64,000 nucleotides of DNA from Candidatus Latescibacterota bacterium (GTDB taxonomy: Bacteria > Latescibacterota > UBA2968 > UBA8231): contig OZ252098.1 in NCBI GenBank assembly GCA_965248355.1, positions 4,608,001 to 4,672,000 on the forward strand, in the 5' to 3' direction. Position numbers and translations under genes: made by a program. Positions 59,592 through 64,000 of this stretch are shown one piece after another (within the stretch, counting starts at the first letter, position 1; each line of letters starts with the position of its first letter). The notes under the pieces were generated by a model, which did no database searches, was not told the origin of the DNA, and saw only the letters and a list, made by a program, of their open reading frames with translations.

Positions 59592-59879
59592 GTGATCCGG
59601 TCATTCGCCGACAGTGGAACACGGCGCCTGTTCGAGGAAGGCCGGCAACGGGGCTTTCGGGGCCTCGAATACGAGAGGGCGCTCATCCTGCTCGACGCCT
59701 TGGACGCGGCGCCTGGGCTGGCGCCGCTCCGGGCGGTGAGAGCGGCTCGCCTGCATGCGCTGAAGGGCTCGAGACAAGGCCGCTGGGCCATGACCGTGAA
59801 TGGCCGATGGCGTGTCACGTTCCGCTTCCATGACGGCAACGCGCACGACGTGACCATTGAGGACTACCACAAGGGCTGA
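59592..59879 (+). CDS. higB: HigB toxin
   Basis: MIRSFAD..LHALKGSRQGRWAMTVNGRWRVTFRF..IEDYH. Confidence 0.92.
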   Translation: MIRSFADSGTRRLFEEGRQRGFRGLEYERALILLDALDAAPGLAPLRAVRAARLHALKGSRQGRWAMTVNGRWRVTFRFHDGNAHDVTIEDYHKG

Positions 59880-59892
59880 GGAAGGCTTGCCA

Positions 59893-60183
59893 ATGCCACG
59901 CATCAGGACACACCCCGGACAACTCCTCCGGGCGGAACTCGACGCCCGGAACATGAGCGCGAACCAGCTGGCCCTCGCCATCCGGGTGCCCGCAAACCGA
60001 ATCACGACGATCCTTCGCGCCGAGCGGTCGATCACCGCCGATACGGCCGTCCGCCTCGGGCGCTACCTCGGCACTGGGGCCGTCTTCTGGATGAATCTCC
60101 AGAGCCAGTTCGACATATCGCTGATCGAAGCCACAAAGGGCGACGTCATCGACCGGGAGCTCTCCGGCGCAGCGCCAACCTGA
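59893..60183 (+). CDS. higA: HigA antitoxin
   Basis: THPGQLL..MSANQLALAIRVPANRIT..ITADTAVRLGRY..FWMNLQ. Confidence 0.93.
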   Translation: MPRIRTHPGQLLRAELDARNMSANQLALAIRVPANRITTILRAERSITADTAVRLGRYLGTGAVFWMNLQSQFDISLIEATKGDVIDRELSGAAPT

Positions 60184-60272
60184 TCTGACTCAACATCCAC
60201 ACTTGATCCCCGTCCCAGGCCGCGCCCCGGTCCCCGCGGTGGCGTAGCCGTCCCGCTTCCAGCTTGCGCTGG

Positions 60273-61496
60273 TCAGTTCCCTTTCTTCGGATCCGGTCCG
60301 GTGTACCTGGCGCGCGGCCGTATCAGCCGCCCGGTCTGGTACTGCTCGATCGCATGGGCGATCCAGCCGATGGTCCGCCCGAGGCAGAACAGCAGCAGGG
60401 CTGTTCCCTTCTCCAGTCCCAGGGCCCGGCGCAGGGCCACCAGCGCCAGGTCCACATTGTGGGAGAGCCCCGTCCGTTTCCCGACTTCCTCGATCAACTC
60501 CCTTGCGGTTTCCAGTTCCCGGGCCTCGGGGACCGCTTCCTCAAGCAGTTCCATGAGGATCGTCGCGCGTGGGTCGACGCCCCGATAGACCACGTGTCCG
60601 AAACCCTCGATGGCATCCCCTCTCCTCAGCCTGCTAGCGATCGTCTCCCCGGCGCCGTTCGCCTCCGCTTCGTCCCAAAGAGCCTCCAGGCGCCCGGTCG
60701 ATCCGCCGTGACGGGGGCCCTGCAGGGCGCTGAGTCCGGCCGTCACCACCGCGTAGAGGCTGGCCCCGCTCGAGGCCACGGTGCGGCAGGTGAAGGTGGA
60801 GACGTTGAGTTCGTGGTCGGCGCAGAGGATCAGGGCGGCTTCGATGAGCCGGGTGGTTTCCGGCCTTCCGGGCAGCCAGGCGCTCTGCAGGGTCCGGGCG
60901 ATCGGGTGGCCGGTCTGCGCGCGGCCAGCGGCAACCAGCGTCATGAGCCGTAGAATGCGGGCTCCGCAGCGATGGATGTGCGGAGGCGCCGTGGCGTAGG
61001 CCGCGGGATCTGCGGATCCGATCACGGGCAGCAGCGCCTGCATGCGCTCGACGGCTGACAGCGGCGCGAGCTCCGCGCTGAGGCCCGGGCTGACACCCTC
61101 CAGCCGGACTTCACCGGCGAATCCTTCGATGGGCAGAGATCGATCCCCCGTCCACAACAGGGCCGCGACCTCCTCGGCGGTGCTCTCGCGCGCCAGTTCG
61201 CCGACGCTGATCCCCCGGTAGTAGAGGTCGTCGTCGTCGATCCGGCTGAGGGCGGACTCCAGAACCGGGTCCCCGGCCCGCAGGGCCTGGCCGGCGGCTG
61301 CTTCGGGATGCGCTCGAACTTCCTTCTGATGGCGGAGCCGCTCGATGTCCTCGCGGTAGTACTGGCGAGTGCGGCGCCGCTGATCCCCGGTCTCGGAACG
61401 GATCAGGCCGCGGCTCACATAGGAATAGAGGGTCTGCGGCCGGATTCCCAGCTCGGAACAGGCCTCCGTGGAGGACAGGTAGCGCGAAGGAGCCAT
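60273..61496 (-). CDS. Citrate synthase family protein with N-terminal excisionase-like HTH
   Basis: YLSSTEACSELGIRPQTLYSYVSRG; ADHELN, GPRHGG, GFGH, NVD, IRPRARY. Confidence 0.9.
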   Translation of the reverse strand: MAPSRYLSSTEACSELGIRPQTLYSYVSRGLIRSETGDQRRRTRQYYREDIERLRHQKEVRAHPEAAAGQALRAGDPVLESALSRIDDDDLYYRGISVGELARESTAEEVAALLWTGDRSLPIEGFAGEVRLEGVSPGLSAELAPLSAVERMQALLPVIGSADPAAYATAPPHIHRCGARILRLMTLVAAGRAQTGHPIARTLQSAWLPGRPETTRLIEAALILCADHELNVSTFTCRTVASSGASLYAVVTAGLSALQGPRHGGSTGRLEALWDEAEANGAGETIASRLRRGDAIEGFGHVVYRGVDPRATILMELLEEAVPEARELETARELIEEVGKRTGLSHNVDLALVALRRALGLEKGTALLLFCLGRTIGWIAHAIEQYQTGRLIRPRARYTGPDPKKGN

Positions 61497-61505
61497 TCAG
61501 ATAGA

Positions 61506-61558
61506 TTGATTGGTGAATCAACATTGACAAGCTAAGGATCGGTGGTACAATCGTCAAT
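61506..61558. promoter_or_regulatory. Divergent promoter/operator between the citrate synthase paralogs
   Basis: TTGATT-ggtg-AATCAA palindrome (61506-61521); TTGACA(61524)-16 nt-TACAAT(61546) with extended -10 TG. Confidence 0.8.
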
Positions 61559-61559
61559 C

Positions 61560-62693
61560 ATGACCGGCGCGATCGAGGAAGGGCTGGAAGGCGTGGTCGC
61601 CGCCCGCACCCGGTTGAGCGGGATCGACGGCGAGAAGGGCCGACTCTGGCTGGCGGGATTCCCGGTCGAGGAGCTCGCCCCGAGGGCCCGTTTCGAGGAG
61701 ACGGTCTACCTGCTGTGGACCGGTGAGCTTCCGGACGCCGAGCAGCTCCGTTCACTCCAGGGACGGATGTCGAGCTGGACCCTGCCCGGGACCACCCGGT
61801 CCCTGATCGAGGCCGCCGCCGAGGCTGGACAAGGGCCGATCGACGTCCTGCGCCTGGCCCTCGATTCGCTGTGCCTCGAGGGCGCAGAGTCGGATGTCAC
61901 CCTGGTGGGTGCCACCTCCGTCATCGCCGCCGCGGTGTCGAGATCGATGGATGGGAAACCGGTGATTCAGCCGGACCCGTCACTCCGCATGGCGGCGAAC
62001 TTCCTCTACATGCTGTCCGGCCGCCGGCCGCCGGAGGCCAGGGCCCGGGCGCTGGACACCTACTTCAACACCATGGTCGACCACGGCATGAACGCTTCGA
62101 CCTTCACCGCCCGCGTCATCACCTCGACGCGCTCCGATCTGAAGTCGGCCGTCGTCGGCGCCCTCGGCGCCTTGAAAGGCCCTCTCCACGGAGGCGCGCC
62201 GGAGCCGGCGCTAACCATGCTGCAGGAGATCGGTGTTCCCGGCCGGGCGGAGCCGTTCATCCGCAGCGTCCTCGAGCGCGGCGAACGCCTGATGGGCTTC
62301 GGGCATCGCGAGTACAAGGCGCGGGATCCCCGGGCGGCCGTCCTCGCACAAGCCGCTGAGAAGCTGTGCCGGGCCAAGGGAGAGACAGGCCTGCTCGACC
62401 TGGCGGGAATCGTGGAAGCAGAGGCGGTGAGACTATTGGAGGAGTACAAGCCTGGGCGGCGCCTGTATGCCAACGCCGAGTTCTACACGGCGGTGCTGCT
62501 CCACGAGCTCGGAGTGCCGCCTGAGTTGTTCAGCTCCACCTTCGCCGTGAGCCGCATGGCCGGCTGGATCGCTCACTGCCGGGAGCAGGAGGCCGTTGGC
62601 CGGATCTTTCGCCCGCAGTCGGAGTACGTCGGGTGCCAGGATGGAGAGTGGGTGGACCTCGAGGAGCGCTACGCCGTCGCTCGTCAGGGTTGA
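61560..62693 (+). CDS. Citrate/2-methylcitrate synthase family protein
   Basis: GLEGVVAA, DHGMNASTF, GPLHGGA, GFGHREY, NAEFY, RMAGW. Confidence 0.93.
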   Translation: MTGAIEEGLEGVVAARTRLSGIDGEKGRLWLAGFPVEELAPRARFEETVYLLWTGELPDAEQLRSLQGRMSSWTLPGTTRSLIEAAAEAGQGPIDVLRLALDSLCLEGAESDVTLVGATSVIAAAVSRSMDGKPVIQPDPSLRMAANFLYMLSGRRPPEARARALDTYFNTMVDHGMNASTFTARVITSTRSDLKSAVVGALGALKGPLHGGAPEPALTMLQEIGVPGRAEPFIRSVLERGERLMGFGHREYKARDPRAAVLAQAAEKLCRAKGETGLLDLAGIVEAEAVRLLEEYKPGRRLYANAEFYTAVLLHELGVPPELFSSTFAVSRMAGWIAHCREQEAVGRIFRPQSEYVGCQDGEWVDLEERYAVARQG

Positions 62694-62763
62694 TCGGGCA
62701 AGCGCAACGGCAGGGGCCAAGGGCGGCTTTCCCGGCCGGTGTGCCAAGGGGGGCTCCCCTGGC

Positions 62764-63180
62764 CTAACGCTCTTCTTGTTCGAGGGCCGCTGCGCGGCGG
62801 ACGAATTCCGCGAGGGGCTCGAGATCGCGGATCGCGCGGACCACCTGATCGTAGTCCGGGGCGACGTACCCGTGGATCAGAATGTTGCGGAACCCCGGAA
62901 GGCGGGCGAGCTGAGCCACGAGCTCCGGCGGGAACTCCTCGTAGGCCGACAGGCTCCGTACGGCCCCGGTGTAGTCCTCGAAGCGCTGCCCGCGGCGGGC
63001 GCCCAGTTCCCCGGATATGTCGATGACGAGCTGCGCCGCGGTCAACAGGGAGAACAGGACGTCGTTGTGAAGACTCAGATCCCGCTGCAGGGATTCGGGC
63101 CCCTCGACCTTCGGTTCCAGCTCTCTCAGGTGGTCGAGGTGTTTCCGCAACTCCGCGAGCCGTTCCACCAGGTAGGTCAC
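62764..63180 (-). CDS. hepT: HepT-like (DUF86/HEPN) ribonuclease toxin
   Basis: Rx4HxY motif 'FRNILIHGY'; GTGA overlap with the upstream MNT gene. Confidence 0.9.
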   Translation of the reverse strand: MTYLVERLAELRKHLDHLRELEPKVEGPESLQRDLSLHNDVLFSLLTAAQLVIDISGELGARRGQRFEDYTGAVRSLSAYEEFPPELVAQLARLPGFRNILIHGYVAPDYDQVVRAIRDLEPLAEFVRRAAALEQEER

Positions 63181-63620
63181 GAGGAAAGCGCCCGGAGCTT
63201 GATCTGCCGCATCCGCCGCAGGAACGGATCGAGGTCCGCGGCACGCAGCTGCACGTCGCGGCAGAAGGCGTGATCGGCCTCGTGGTCGGCCACGTACACG
63301 CGGACGCCCGCGGTGATCGCATGGCGTCCGAGGCCGGGCGGGACGTCGTTGAGCACGACGAGGTCGATGTCGTTGTTCCCAAGCGCGTGGATCAGCTCGG
63401 AGGTGAGCCGCACGCGCTCCTCCGCCCGCTGCGCCCGGGAGGGGAAGCAGGCGCGGTCCAGGAGCACGGCCACGTCGACGTCGCTCTGCGCGTGCTCTTC
63501 CCCCCGGGCCACGCTTCCATAGAGATAGACCGCGGCTACTCCGGGCGGGCGCTCCCGGTGGAAGAACTCACGCAGGGCCTTCTCGGGCGCTCTCTTGGTT
63601 GTGTGTTCGGGCTGCATCAC
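63177..63620 (-). CDS. mntA: MntA-like minimal nucleotidyltransferase antitoxin
   Basis: GSx10DxD 'YGSVARGEEHAQSDVD', 'IDLVVLN'. Confidence 0.9.
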   Translation of the reverse strand: MMQPEHTTKRAPEKALREFFHRERPPGVAAVYLYGSVARGEEHAQSDVDVAVLLDRACFPSRAQRAEERVRLTSELIHALGNNDIDLVVLNDVPPGLGRHAITAGVRVYVADHEADHAFCRDVQLRAADLDPFLRRMRQIKLRALSS

Positions 63621-63649
63621 CTTGGGTCTTTCCGGATCTGGTGGAATAT

Positions 63650-63930
63650 ATGAAGGCCGTCCTGTTCGATCTCTACGAGACCCTCGTCACCGAGAATCAC
63701 CCGGAATGGCATGCTCCTGCGCCGACGCCGGGCGAGCGGCTCGGAATAGCTCAGGAGGACTTCAACCGCGAGTGGTCGGTCCGCTACCAGGCGCGCATGA
63801 CCGGGAAGCTGCGCAACTACAGCGACGTGTTGAGGGAGATCTGCGGTTCGTGCGGGATCGAGCCGCCTGAAGCGGGATCTCCCTGATGCAGGCGGAGCGG
63901 CTGGCCGCCAAGGCGCGGCCCTTTGGTAGC
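63650..63930 (+). pseudogene. HAD-family hydrolase N-terminus, frameshifted and truncated
   Basis: MKAVLFDLYETLV; stop at 63886 with apparent continuation 'LMQAERLAAKARPF' in another frame. Confidence 0.7.
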
Positions 63931-64000
63931 GGTCCAGGAGGGCGGACCGGCTCATCCACATCTCCCCGACCTCGAAGGAAGCCGTCAGGTCGGGGGGCCG

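Overview
A very GC-rich bacterial chromosomal segment. I saw no rRNA, tRNA, CRISPR array, integrase or transposase. The expanded PhyH-type Fe/2OG dioxygenases, the LRR/fibronectin-III/cadherin fragments and the C-terminal 'SWGQxK' tails suggest a Latescibacterota-like (FCB-group) sponge-associated bacterium; this is inference only. Intact blocks include: an ECF sigma/anti-sigma operon with a Gly-rich repeat protein and a DUF4097 protein; a TonB receptor with a DMFase-beta-like gene; two divergent DUF2089/SHOCT modules; an S9 peptidase; sahR-ahcY with a clear SahR box; a PhyH/aldolase/ADH cluster; gap; a divergent citrate-synthase pair; and toxin-antitoxin loci (two higBA, mntA-hepT, orphan hicB, a vapBC remnant). 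These alternate with patches of broken, internally deleted or fused gene fragments and single genes with different codon usage. The best leads are a putative C-terminal sorting signal (TxVxxxSWGQxK), a PhyH protein with a halogenase-like HxG motif, the scar-free gene-fragment mosaics, a small hendecad coiled-coil protein family, a G28 tract that may be a phase-variation switch, and leaderless promoters on regulatory operons. All family calls come from motif recognition by eye, not database searches.
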